64,000 nt of DNA, taken from positions 1,152,001 to 1,216,000 of the forward strand of contig JBPOGI010000001.1 in the NCBI GenBank assembly GCA_051251855.1. The letters are read 5' to 3'. Below, one piece after another: positions 9,564-18,301 of the stretch. Source of the stretch: Roseibacillus sp. GTDB taxonomy: Bacteria; Verrucomicrobiota; Verrucomicrobiia; Verrucomicrobiales; Akkermansiaceae. The notes below the pieces were generated by a model. It was not told the origin of the DNA. It ran no database searches and saw only the letters and a list, made by a program, of their open reading frames with translations. Within the stretch, counting starts at the first letter, position 1. Each line of letters starts with the position of its first letter. The position numbers and the translations under genes are program-made.

Positions 9564-11057
9564 ATGAAAATCCTTTCGCTCTCCGCCCTCACTCTTGCCG
9601 TCCTCTCTCTTCCCCTTGTCGCTCAAGACAAAGATAAGAAAAAAGAAGAGAAGGGCGACAAAGAAGCTATCAGTCTCGAAACAGTCGAAGCCGAAGTCAC
9701 CATCGACGGCCAGACTATTAACTACACCGTCACCGCCGACACTCTCATGCTCAAGGCCGATGATGGCAAAGAGCGCGCCTCCGTCTTTCACGTCTCCTAT
9801 CTCAAAAAAGATACCGAGGCCAAAGACCGTCCTGTGATGTTCGCCTTCAACGGGGGGCCCGGTTCTTCCGCCGTTTGGCTTCACCTTGGCGCCCTTGGCC
9901 CCAAGCTCGTCCCAACCACCACCGATGGCACCGAGACTCTGCCCCCACCCATCACTCTCATCGACAATCCCCACTCCATTCTCGATGTCACTGACCTCGT
10001 TTTCATCGATCCAGTATCTACCGGCTACTCACGTGTCGAAGGCGACGCCAAAGGTGCCGAGTTCCACGGGCTCAACGGCGACATCGAGTCGGTTGGAGAC
10101 TTCATCCGCCGCTGGGCCACCGAACACAAGCGCTGGAGCTCGCCCAAGTATCTTCTTGGCGAATCCTACGGCGGCATCCGAGCAGCCGGCTTAGCGGAAG
10201 AGCTCCAGTCCTCTTACGGCATGAGCCTCAATGGCGTCGTCATGCTGTCCTCCCTTCTCGACTTTCGCACCCTACGCGGGAGCCAAGGCGACTACCTTGT
10301 CAACCAAGTCTACCTCCCAGTCATGGCGGCGGTGGCTCATTACCATGGGAAAATCGACCGCAATCGCGACGAACTCCTCACCGAGGCCCAACTCTTCGCC
10401 AACGGCCCCTACACCAGAGCCCTCTTTGCGGGAGCCTCTCTCACCAAAGCCGAAATCCAAACCCTTGCCAACAAACTCGCAGAGCTTACCGGCGTCTCTT
10501 CCGAACTGTGGGTCGAGACCAGCCTCCGCCTTTCACCCACTCGATTTCGCCGCGAACTTTTGCGCGACGAAAATAAAGTGCTCGGGCGCTTCGATGCACG
10601 TGTCGCTTGGCCAGCTCAATCAAAAGACAGCGACTACCCTTCCTACGACCCATCCTACGCCGTCGCTTACGGAGCCTTCTCCACCGCCATGCTCGCCTAC
10701 CTCACCGACGACTTAGGTGGCAACGAGATTCATCATCCCTATCGCATTCTTACCGGTAAGGTTCACCCTTGGAAATGGAACTCCGAGAACCGCGTCGTCA
10801 ACGTCTCTGGCCGCCTTCAAAGCGCCATGACCGACAACCCCAATTTGCGTGTCCTCATCATGGGTGGCTACACTGACTTCGCTACCCCGCCGAGCGGCAT
10901 CGAATACACCCTCAACCAACTCATCGACCTCCCCAAGCAAAGCCGTGATCGCATTAGCTACGTCTACTATGAAGCCGGCCACATGTTCTACCTCAACGAA
11001 CCCGACATCATCAAGATGCGCGTAGACCTCGTCGATTTTCTTAAAGCCGGCGAATAG
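9564..11057 (+). CDS. Secreted S10-family serine carboxypeptidase
   Basis: Signal peptide, FNGGPGSS, FIDPVSTGYS, GESYGG nucleophile, GYTD, EAGHMFY. Confidence 0.93.
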   Translation: MKILSLSALTLAVLSLPLVAQDKDKKKEEKGDKEAISLETVEAEVTIDGQTINYTVTADTLMLKADDGKERASVFHVSYLKKDTEAKDRPVMFAFNGGPGSSAVWLHLGALGPKLVPTTTDGTETLPPPITLIDNPHSILDVTDLVFIDPVSTGYSRVEGDAKGAEFHGLNGDIESVGDFIRRWATEHKRWSSPKYLLGESYGGIRAAGLAEELQSSYGMSLNGVVMLSSLLDFRTLRGSQGDYLVNQVYLPVMAAVAHYHGKIDRNRDELLTEAQLFANGPYTRALFAGASLTKAEIQTLANKLAELTGVSSELWVETSLRLSPTRFRRELLRDENKVLGRFDARVAWPAQSKDSDYPSYDPSYAVAYGAFSTAMLAYLTDDLGGNEIHHPYRILTGKVHPWKWNSENRVVNVSGRLQSAMTDNPNLRVLIMGGYTDFATPPSGIEYTLNQLIDLPKQSRDRISYVYYEAGHMFYLNEPDIIKMRVDLVDFLKAGE

Positions 11058-11152
11058 TTTTCACCGGTTCTCTCCTTTACCTTTACGGGGGTAGAAGCCC
11101 CTTCGAAATCAACTTCGGAGTCCACGAAAAGCTAAGAGTTTCTGCAACTAGC

Positions 11153-11419
11153 TCAGCGCAGTAAGATGCCGACAACTACCAGAGTCGCCCCAAATAGAGT
11201 GAGAACAACTTGAGGGAACTGAGACATTCTAGGTCCCTTGATACCCGCAAGAAACCCAAGGAAGAATCCTCTGAGAAGCCCCCAAAACCCTTGGGTGATT
11301 CCATCTGCGATTCGGTCTCCTGTATTCTCAGAGTCAGGACTAGAGAGAGCTAAGGCAAAGGCTCCAGCAAAGAAAAACACCCCACCAAACGCCAGCAGGA
11401 TTATTCCAATGATTTCCAT
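11153..11419 (-). CDS. Small hypothetical membrane protein
   Basis: 88 aa, 2-3 hydrophobic segments, fills the gap downstream of the HAD gene. Confidence 0.6.
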   Translation of the reverse strand: MEIIGIILLAFGGVFFFAGAFALALSSPDSENTGDRIADGITQGFWGLLRGFFLGFLAGIKGPRMSQFPQVVLTLFGATLVVVGILLR

Positions 11420-11477
11420 CTCAAAACTTGGACTCTATCGACACGAAAAGTAGCTATGAGCCTCGGGAACCCTGAGA

Positions 11478-12356
11478 CTAAAACTCCGGAGCCGCCACTC
11501 GTGAGTTCTCGCGTTCCTCACTCCGTCTTTGCAAAATCGAATCAGCAATTTTCAATACCGTCTCTTCCAAAATCAATCGTAAGTGACTCCCTGGCCGGTA
11601 GTCGGCCGGAGCAATGTGCTTCACTCGATCTGCGCCTGCAGAAAGCTGGAAACACTTCCGAAAGCTCCTCCGAGTATCATCATTGGGATTATAGACTGCC
11701 ACTGCATGGCCTCCATTCTTCTTCATCACCGTGAAGCAAGGAACGTCTGTAGGTCCATCGCCAATGTAAGTCATATTATGAAAGGGAATCGGACGCTGCT
11801 CCGGCGGCATGTGATCGTTCACATCCTGATCGTAGCCCAACATTCCCTTGTTAATCCTAAAGAGGAACTGCGTCTTTGTGGTGTGTGATATCGTCCGCTT
11901 GGGAAAAGAAATGCACCCATCGCTATTTTCTCCAAACTCACATCCGAAAATCGCCTTCACCTTCCCCTTGAGGCTGCTGCCGTCCAACAACGCCTTCAAA
12001 CCTGAAGAAATGATGTAGTGCTCGACCTTGATTCCCGCCGCTTCATGCTCTGGACGCAAAATTGTATTCAGTTGGTCAAAAAGCTCATCCACTCCCGGAA
12101 AGTAGTGTAGATCCTTTCCCAAGTTCGAAAGATCCGCGTTACTCACATTATCCATCCCCAAATAATCCAGTAAACACTTCATATAAGCCAGCTCCCCATC
12201 CCAGCTCTGCTCCTTCACCAGCGCATTACACTTCTTCCAAAACTGCTCCGGATCGATGCCAAAGCGCGGAAAAAGAACATCATCCTGCATATAGCTCGGA
12301 CTCAGTGTTTGGTCGTAATCGTAAACGAGGGCAATGGTATTTTGGGGTGCAGCCAC
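11478..12356 (-). CDS. HAD-family hydrolase
   Basis: DYDQTL motif I, IISSG motif [10 protein letters not shown] motif IV. Confidence 0.88.
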   Translation of the reverse strand: MAAPQNTIALVYDYDQTLSPSYMQDDVLFPRFGIDPEQFWKKCNALVKEQSWDGELAYMKCLLDYLGMDNVSNADLSNLGKDLHYFPGVDELFDQLNTILRPEHEAAGIKVEHYIISSGLKALLDGSSLKGKVKAIFGCEFGENSDGCISFPKRTISHTTKTQFLFRINKGMLGYDQDVNDHMPPEQRPIPFHNMTYIGDGPTDVPCFTVMKKNGGHAVAVYNPNDDTRRSFRKCFQLSAGADRVKHIAPADYRPGSHLRLILEETVLKIADSILQRRSEERENSRVAAPEF

Positions 12357-12470
12357 GCAAGGAGAGTCTCATTTTGCCTCCTTGCGAGCAAGAGAAAGCA
12401 ACAGGCCGAATTGCAGGACATTCTCCCTGCTCTTCAATTCTCCTGAAATCCCCTAAACTCTGGCATTCTC

Positions 12471-12992
12471 ATGACCGAACTCCTCCTCAACGAGCAAATC
12501 TATCACCGCGTGATTGAGGAGTTGGTGCCCGATACCCAGCGCTATCTCTGGATTGTTACCGCAGACCTCAAAGACCTTCATGTCAAAAAGGGCCGCCGCT
12601 ATGTCCCCTTCCTCGCAGTCCTCTCTGACCTCGTGGAATCGGGCGTCGCCGTCCGCCTCTTCCACGCCAAGGAACCAGGGCCTCGCTTCCGCAAAGACTT
12701 CGATCGCTACCCCGCTCTTTTAGAGAGCGAACTTTTCGAGCGTATCCTCTGCCCGCGTATCCACACCAAAGCCATCATCATCGACGGCAAAACCGCCTTC
12801 ATCACCTCCGCCAACCTCACCGGAGCCGGAATGGGCGCCAAGGGTCCGACTAAGCGTAACTTCGAAGCCGGTATCCTCACCGACGAGAAAGCTCACCTCA
12901 CCCCCCTCATCGAGTGGATCGACGAACTCTACTTGGGAGAACCCTGCCTCAAATGTGGCCGCCGTGACTACTGCCCTGATCCCATTGCTTAG
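12471..12992 (+). CDS. Single-HKD phospholipase D-like domain protein
   Basis: HTKAIIIDG..TSANLT..NFEAG; C-terminal CLKCGRRDYC. Confidence 0.85.
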   Translation: MTELLLNEQIYHRVIEELVPDTQRYLWIVTADLKDLHVKKGRRYVPFLAVLSDLVESGVAVRLFHAKEPGPRFRKDFDRYPALLESELFERILCPRIHTKAIIIDGKTAFITSANLTGAGMGAKGPTKRNFEAGILTDEKAHLTPLIEWIDELYLGEPCLKCGRRDYCPDPIA

Positions 12993-13065
12993 AAACACCC
13001 CGAGTCGGATTTACCGCCTTCCCACTTGATTCTTCTGCCCTCTTACGCCATTCCTCCCGCCTCCG

Positions 13066-14082
13066 ATGAACTCTGATCTCGCCGAAATCCAAACTGCTGC
13101 CCTTGCTGCTATCGCGTCTGCCTCCGATGGTCAAAGCCTCGAACAGGCCAAGATCGATTTTCTCGGTAAAAAGGGTCGTCTCACTGCCGCCTCGGCTTTG
13201 ATGAAGAGCCTTCCCAATGAGGAGAAACCCGCTTTCGGGCAATCCCTCAACGCCGTGCGCGGTGCCATCTCCGGTGCGTTGGATGAAAAGCAGTCCGCCC
13301 TTCAGAACATCGCCGACCGCGAAGCCATTGCCGGCATCGACATCACTCTCCCTGGCCGCGAGATCCACACCGGAGGCCTACACCCTCTCACCCGCATCAA
13401 AGACGACGCCATTCAGATTCTTCGTCGCATGGGCTTCGCCCTCGCCGAAGGCCCCGAAATCGAGGACGAATTCCATTGCTTCGATGCCCTCAATACTCCT
13501 ACCGATCACCCCGCTCGGAACGAGAAAGACACCTTCTACTTCGACTCCGGCAAACTCCTCCGCACTCACACCTCGTCTGTACAAGTGCGCACCATGGAGA
13601 ACCAGACCCCACCCGTTCGTATCATCGCCCCCGGCTCCGCTTACCGTCGCGACGAAATTGACGCCACTCACCTCTCTGTCTTCAACCAGTTGGAAGGCCT
13701 CTATGTTGCCGAAAACGTGTCCCTAGCCGACCTGAAAGGCACCCTTATCTACTTCTTCCAAGAACTCTTCGGCGCTGAGACCGAACTCCAATTTCGCCCT
13801 CACTTCTTTCCTTTCACCGAGCCCTCCTTCGAGATCGATATCAAGCTTCACATCGCAGGCCGCGCGCCCAAGTGGATCGAGGTTGCCGGTTGCGGCATCG
13901 TAGACCCCGCCGTTTTCGCCGCGATCAGCAAGTCACGTGGAGACGATGCCTTCGACCCAGCCAAAGTCACCGGTTTTGCCTTTGGGATGGGTCTCGACCG
14001 TCTCGCGATGATTAAGTGGGGAATCAAAGACATTCGTCTTCTTATTGAAAACGACACCCGCTTCCTCAAGCAATTCGCCTAG
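13066..14082 (+). CDS. pheS: Phenylalanine--tRNA ligase alpha subunit
   Basis: HPAR..DTFY, LRTHTS, FNQLEG, FPFTEPS, GFAFGMGLDR. Confidence 0.98.
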   Translation: MNSDLAEIQTAALAAIASASDGQSLEQAKIDFLGKKGRLTAASALMKSLPNEEKPAFGQSLNAVRGAISGALDEKQSALQNIADREAIAGIDITLPGREIHTGGLHPLTRIKDDAIQILRRMGFALAEGPEIEDEFHCFDALNTPTDHPARNEKDTFYFDSGKLLRTHTSSVQVRTMENQTPPVRIIAPGSAYRRDEIDATHLSVFNQLEGLYVAENVSLADLKGTLIYFFQELFGAETELQFRPHFFPFTEPSFEIDIKLHIAGRAPKWIEVAGCGIVDPAVFAAISKSRGDDAFDPAKVTGFAFGMGLDRLAMIKWGIKDIRLLIENDTRFLKQFA

Positions 14083-14279
14083 GCTAATACCCTTGCGTCT
14101 TCATCACGACGAATGCCGCCACAGCTAAGAGAGTTATCACAATCAGGCCAATTCGACCCGACCGGGTCTTGGCTGCTTTACATACCATTCAAATCATATT
14201 GGTAGTTTCGCCTGAATCTCAGAAAACTCAACAGAAGATAATCTGTCCTGTCGCTTGAAACTGTGGCTCAATACTTCAC

Positions 14280-14762
14280 GTGAAAACTGCCGTCTACGCA
14301 GGATCCTTCGATCCCCCCACCAATGGCCACCTCTGGATGATCGAACAAGGCCTCGCTCTTTTCGACCGACTCATCGTCGCCATTGGCAATAATCCCTCCA
14401 AAAGCTACACCTTCAGCGTCCCCGAGCGCCTCGAACTCCTGCGTGAGTCCACCGCCCAAAACGATAACCTTCTTATTGAGCATTTCGACAATCGCTACCT
14501 CGTCGACTACGCCAAGGAACAGGACGCCAAATACATCCTCCGCGGCATCCGCTCACCTGGTGACTACGAGTATGAGCGCGTCATGCGACACATCAACAAC
14601 GACCTCGCTCCCACCGTCACGACCTGCTTCCTGATGCCACCCCGCGAACTCGCGCAAGTTTCTTCCAGCATGGTCGAATCCCTCATCGGACCCAAAGGTT
14701 GGGAAGAAACCGTCGAGCGCTACGTCCCCCCACCGGTCTTCCGAGCTCTCAAGGCAAAGTGA
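14280..14762 (+). CDS. coaD: Pantetheine-phosphate adenylyltransferase
   Basis: [29 protein letters not shown]. Confidence 0.96.
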   Translation: MKTAVYAGSFDPPTNGHLWMIEQGLALFDRLIVAIGNNPSKSYTFSVPERLELLRESTAQNDNLLIEHFDNRYLVDYAKEQDAKYILRGIRSPGDYEYERVMRHINNDLAPTVTTCFLMPPRELAQVSSSMVESLIGPKGWEETVERYVPPPVFRALKAK

Positions 14763-14846
14763 GACGAAAGAACATTTCTGCCTCTAGTGAGGAAGACTCA
14801 CGGACCAGTACAATCTCACTTCTCAGTTTCCATTTAAGGCCCTCCC

Positions 14847-15305
14847 ATGAAACTTGAAGAAACGACTTATCCCGAGGCAGTTAAGACCCACAGACCAGAG
14901 GTTTTCGAAAAACTGAAAACGAACACTCCCCGACATGTCGTAGCCATTCTCGAAAAGAAAGGTTGGTCCCGCGAGTGGGCGTGTCAAATTGTGGCTGGCA
15001 TCGAGCGGAAACGCAATCCCGCTGGCTTGATGAATGGCTCTGATGAGAACCAGAGGCTCCGAAAAAAATACGTCTTGAGAGCAATGCTTGGTGGGGTGTT
15101 TTTCTTGATTGGCTTGCTTGTGACTATTGGGACTCTCGTGATTTCCTTCGCTCAAGGCGGAATTGCCATCATTGCTTACGGAGCGATTATCTGGGGAGGA
15201 ATCACATTCTGGAGCGCATACCCGAACATTTCCCGTTACCCTGATCGGGAAATACCCGTCTATCATCCTCCCAAAGCGAAGGGTCATAATCCTCAAGACT
15301 ACTAG
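14847..15305 (+). CDS. Hypothetical membrane protein
   Basis: 152 aa with a C-terminal TM hairpin (GGVFFLIGLLVTIGT..IIAYGAIIWG). Confidence 0.7.
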   Translation: MKLEETTYPEAVKTHRPEVFEKLKTNTPRHVVAILEKKGWSREWACQIVAGIERKRNPAGLMNGSDENQRLRKKYVLRAMLGGVFFLIGLLVTIGTLVISFAQGGIAIIAYGAIIWGGITFWSAYPNISRYPDREIPVYHPPKAKGHNPQDY

Positions 15306-15359
15306 AAGAGCCGTCCGTTTGTTAGAAGGACAGTCTCTCTTCCAAGGGTAGCTCCAACC

Positions 15360-17129
15360 CTAAAGCTTCTCAACCTCCGCAAAATAGGCGCTCACCTTTT
15401 CTCCACCTTCGAGAACAAAGGTAGTCTCAAGCTCGACCTCGCCCTTCGTTAACTCGACTTCAAAGCTCACTCCGGCGTCATCGGCAGTCACTTCTTGCTC
15501 GCCAGAAAAGCCACCTATCTTCAAGAGAGCTTTTTTGACCGGAAGCGCTTTCCCCGGTGTTTCACGGAACGCCTTCAATCCAGGAACTGGTGCTCCCGGC
15601 TCCATGCCCGAAACAATCTTTGCTCCCGTTGACATCGGCCAACGACGAAGAGTAATACGATACTTTGCAGTCTCGGTCACATTGAGAGCCCACCATCCCT
15701 CTGTCAAAGGAGCGGCCCGCAACATCGAGTGATTCCATGGCACCATATTTGCCTTCGTTAACCAGTCATGCGAAGTCAGCACAGTTGGATTTTCAAACTC
15801 GGTTCCCACTTGAATACGAGCAAAGCGCTTGAACGCAGGCTGCAAACTCTCCCACCAAGCATCGTAGTCAGCACGTAACTTCTCGACCACTTCGGGATGC
15901 TCCTCGGCGATGTTCTTTGCCTGACCGGGGTCAGCCTCGATATCATAAAGTTCCTTTCCGTTCAGCAAGCGCCAACGCTCAGTCATCGTGCTCGAATTAC
16001 GCCACTTTTTAGGATCAACCACTCGTTGTGAGTCAGTAATGATCGTTCTTTCCTCCCACTCCGCATCCTCTGATTTCAAGAGAGGAACCAAAGAGCGCCC
16101 ATCCAAAGGGTAGTCTTCAGGAATCTCAGGCAGCTCGCACAATTCAACCAAAGTCGGCAGAACATCAATGTGCGCCGTCAGGGTGTCAATATCGCGCCCT
16201 CCGTCCAGCCCACCATTGGGCCAATGCATGAAAAACGGAACGCGATGTCCGCCATCGAAGTTAGAGCCTTTGCCCTTCTTCATGCCGCTGTTGTGAATAT
16301 TCACTCCGCGTGCACTTCCATTGTCGGTCATGAAAATGAAGAGGGTATCTTTCGCCAACCCTTCCTCTTCTAACCAACCCCGCAACTTAGCAACATTCTC
16401 GTCAATGTTCGCAATCATACCGAAAAAGATGGCCTGTTCCTGGCTCTTTTGGTCCTTCATTTTCTCGTCGTAAGGCTTCCAATACTTGTCTGGACAATGA
16501 TAGGGGCCGTGAGGTGCGTTAGGTGAAATGTAGGCGAAGAACGGCTTTTCCTCTTTCACGCTTTCTCCGATGAAGCGCTTGGCCTCTTGGAAGTAGACAT
16601 CCGTGCAATAGCCCTCGTATTTCTTGGGCTCACTATTGTGCATGTAGGTGTCATCAAAGTAGGCATTGTCCCAATGGTCAGGAGCTTGCCCCACCCCACC
16701 GGCAGCATGGCGCACCACCTCTTGAAAACCACGGTCTTCCGGACGGAAAGGATAGTTGTCACCCAGATGCCATTTACCGAACATCCCGGTGGAATATCCG
16801 CCATCTTCAAAGGCATCCCCCAAGGTCATCTCTCCCTCGAACAAGAAACAGCGCCCCATAATGGTGTGCCAAGGTCCAGCCCGGTTCGTGAAGTGACCGC
16901 TCATCAAGGCACCTCGGGTCGGAGCGCAAGTAGGGCTCACATGAAAGTCAGTCAAACGAACACTTTCCCCGTGGAGCTTATCAAGCGCGGGAGTCTCTAG
17001 GATTGGATTCCCGTGACAGGAGAGATCGCCATATCCTTGATCATCAGTAATCACTAGCACCACATTCGGGTGCGCGTTCGCCACGACAGCGAGTCCAACA
17101 AGGGCAAAAGTAGTTCGTATCAACGACAT
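15360..17129 (-). CDS. Secreted arylsulfatase (S1, formylglycine-dependent)
   Basis: PNVVLVITDDQG, CAPTRGALMSG, GKWHLG, TDNG, ELYD..DPGQ. Confidence 0.95.
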   Translation of the reverse strand: MSLIRTTFALVGLAVVANAHPNVVLVITDDQGYGDLSCHGNPILETPALDKLHGESVRLTDFHVSPTCAPTRGALMSGHFTNRAGPWHTIMGRCFLFEGEMTLGDAFEDGGYSTGMFGKWHLGDNYPFRPEDRGFQEVVRHAAGGVGQAPDHWDNAYFDDTYMHNSEPKKYEGYCTDVYFQEAKRFIGESVKEEKPFFAYISPNAPHGPYHCPDKYWKPYDEKMKDQKSQEQAIFFGMIANIDENVAKLRGWLEEEGLAKDTLFIFMTDNGSARGVNIHNSGMKKGKGSNFDGGHRVPFFMHWPNGGLDGGRDIDTLTAHIDVLPTLVELCELPEIPEDYPLDGRSLVPLLKSEDAEWEERTIITDSQRVVDPKKWRNSSTMTERWRLLNGKELYDIEADPGQAKNIAEEHPEVVEKLRADYDAWWESLQPAFKRFARIQVGTEFENPTVLTSHDWLTKANMVPWNHSMLRAAPLTEGWWALNVTETAKYRITLRRWPMSTGAKIVSGMEPGAPVPGLKAFRETPGKALPVKKALLKIGGFSGEQEVTADDAGVSFEVELTKGEVELETTFVLEGGEKVSAYFAEVEKL

Positions 17130-17278
17130 GTGTGCAGAACGCTACCGAACTTCCCCTTCTTTCGGTAGCAAATATTTCTGCTCAATTGTCTCTCATCGCT
17201 CACAGACAGATCCGTCAACATCACTAGGCGCTTCAAAAGGGCCTCGTAACCCGCAACATCTTGTCTCCAAAGAGCTTC

Positions 17279-18142
17279 CTACCGAATCTCCATCCCCGTC
17301 TTGGAGTGAATCCATTTATCCAGCTTGCCTTGCTTAAACATGGCCTTCGCTTGCAGAGTCTTTTCTCCCAAAATAGTCATCTCTTTGTAAGTCGCCACTC
17401 CTACTTGGAAATCTTGCCCATCGAAAGACTCATCACCGATAGCCTCCCAATTGATGACCTTGGAGGCGTCTAGCTCCTTAATTTTTCCTCCTTCTAAACT
17501 CTCCTTCATTGCCGCGATAATTTGCTCGTTGCTCAGGCTTGCAGGAGTTTCCGGCACTGGCGCTGGCTCAGGTTCTTCAGCTGGTTCAACGGGAGTATCT
17601 CCGGCCATGCCGCCACCCATTCCAGAATCAGGAGTGGGAGCTGCAACCGCAACCTCTGGCTTCGGTGGAGTTGGCTCTGATGGAGTCGCCACCGGTGGTT
17701 TCGCGCCTCCGCTCGCGGCATCAGCCATCGCCACTCGGCGTTCCATGCGCTTCATCGCAACGCCGTGGGCAAAATCGGTATCAAGAACTGAAATCTCGCC
17801 AGTCAAGTGGCTTGCCAAGGGCGAAGTGACCTCCAGAACCATCTCAGTAAGGAGGAGAGGCTTCGCAGGGCTCCCTGGATCAAGCTTTAGCGGGCTCAAA
17901 CCGTTTTTATCGGTAAGAACTGTCGCGTCAGACAAAGTCACCTTCTCAGGGTAGTCCTTAGGATCGATATCATGATAGTCGATCGTCTCTGTAATGGTTC
18001 CCATGGGAGACCTCACCTTAATCTCGACCACAGTCTCAGAAGTTGCACTTCCTGACTCTTCCTCCCCAAACAAGGGCGAATAAAGAACCTTCCCCAGAAA
18101 AAAAGCGGCAGGGATCATGAGAACGTAAAAGATAAATTTCAT
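17279..18142 (-). CDS. Hypothetical membrane-anchored protein with a Pro/Ala-rich linker
   Basis: N-terminal TM/signal and two domains separated by a Pro/Glu/Ala-rich linker. Confidence 0.75.
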   Translation of the reverse strand: MKFIFYVLMIPAAFFLGKVLYSPLFGEEESGSATSETVVEIKVRSPMGTITETIDYHDIDPKDYPEKVTLSDATVLTDKNGLSPLKLDPGSPAKPLLLTEMVLEVTSPLASHLTGEISVLDTDFAHGVAMKRMERRVAMADAASGGAKPPVATPSEPTPPKPEVAVAAPTPDSGMGGGMAGDTPVEPAEEPEPAPVPETPASLSNEQIIAAMKESLEGGKIKELDASKVINWEAIGDESFDGQDFQVGVATYKEMTILGEKTLQAKAMFKQGKLDKWIHSKTGMEIR

Positions 18143-18301
18143 AGAAAATCAGGTGGTTGCTCTTCTTAGAACGCCACAAAACGTCCTTTCTTCGCAATAC
18201 TTCCCGAAAATTTCCCCGTCAGCCACTCTCAAAACCAACAAAGTGCGCCTCCCGCAGAATTCGGTCTTCATACTTGGCTCGCCTTCCCCAATCCTCGCGC
18301 C

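Noticed and set aside
11132..11155. TGA of the small membrane protein is followed by GCT AGT TGC, giving a formal U-A-S-C
   Set aside because: No family context requiring Cys; the following weak hairpin plus TTTT looks like a terminator. Probably chance.
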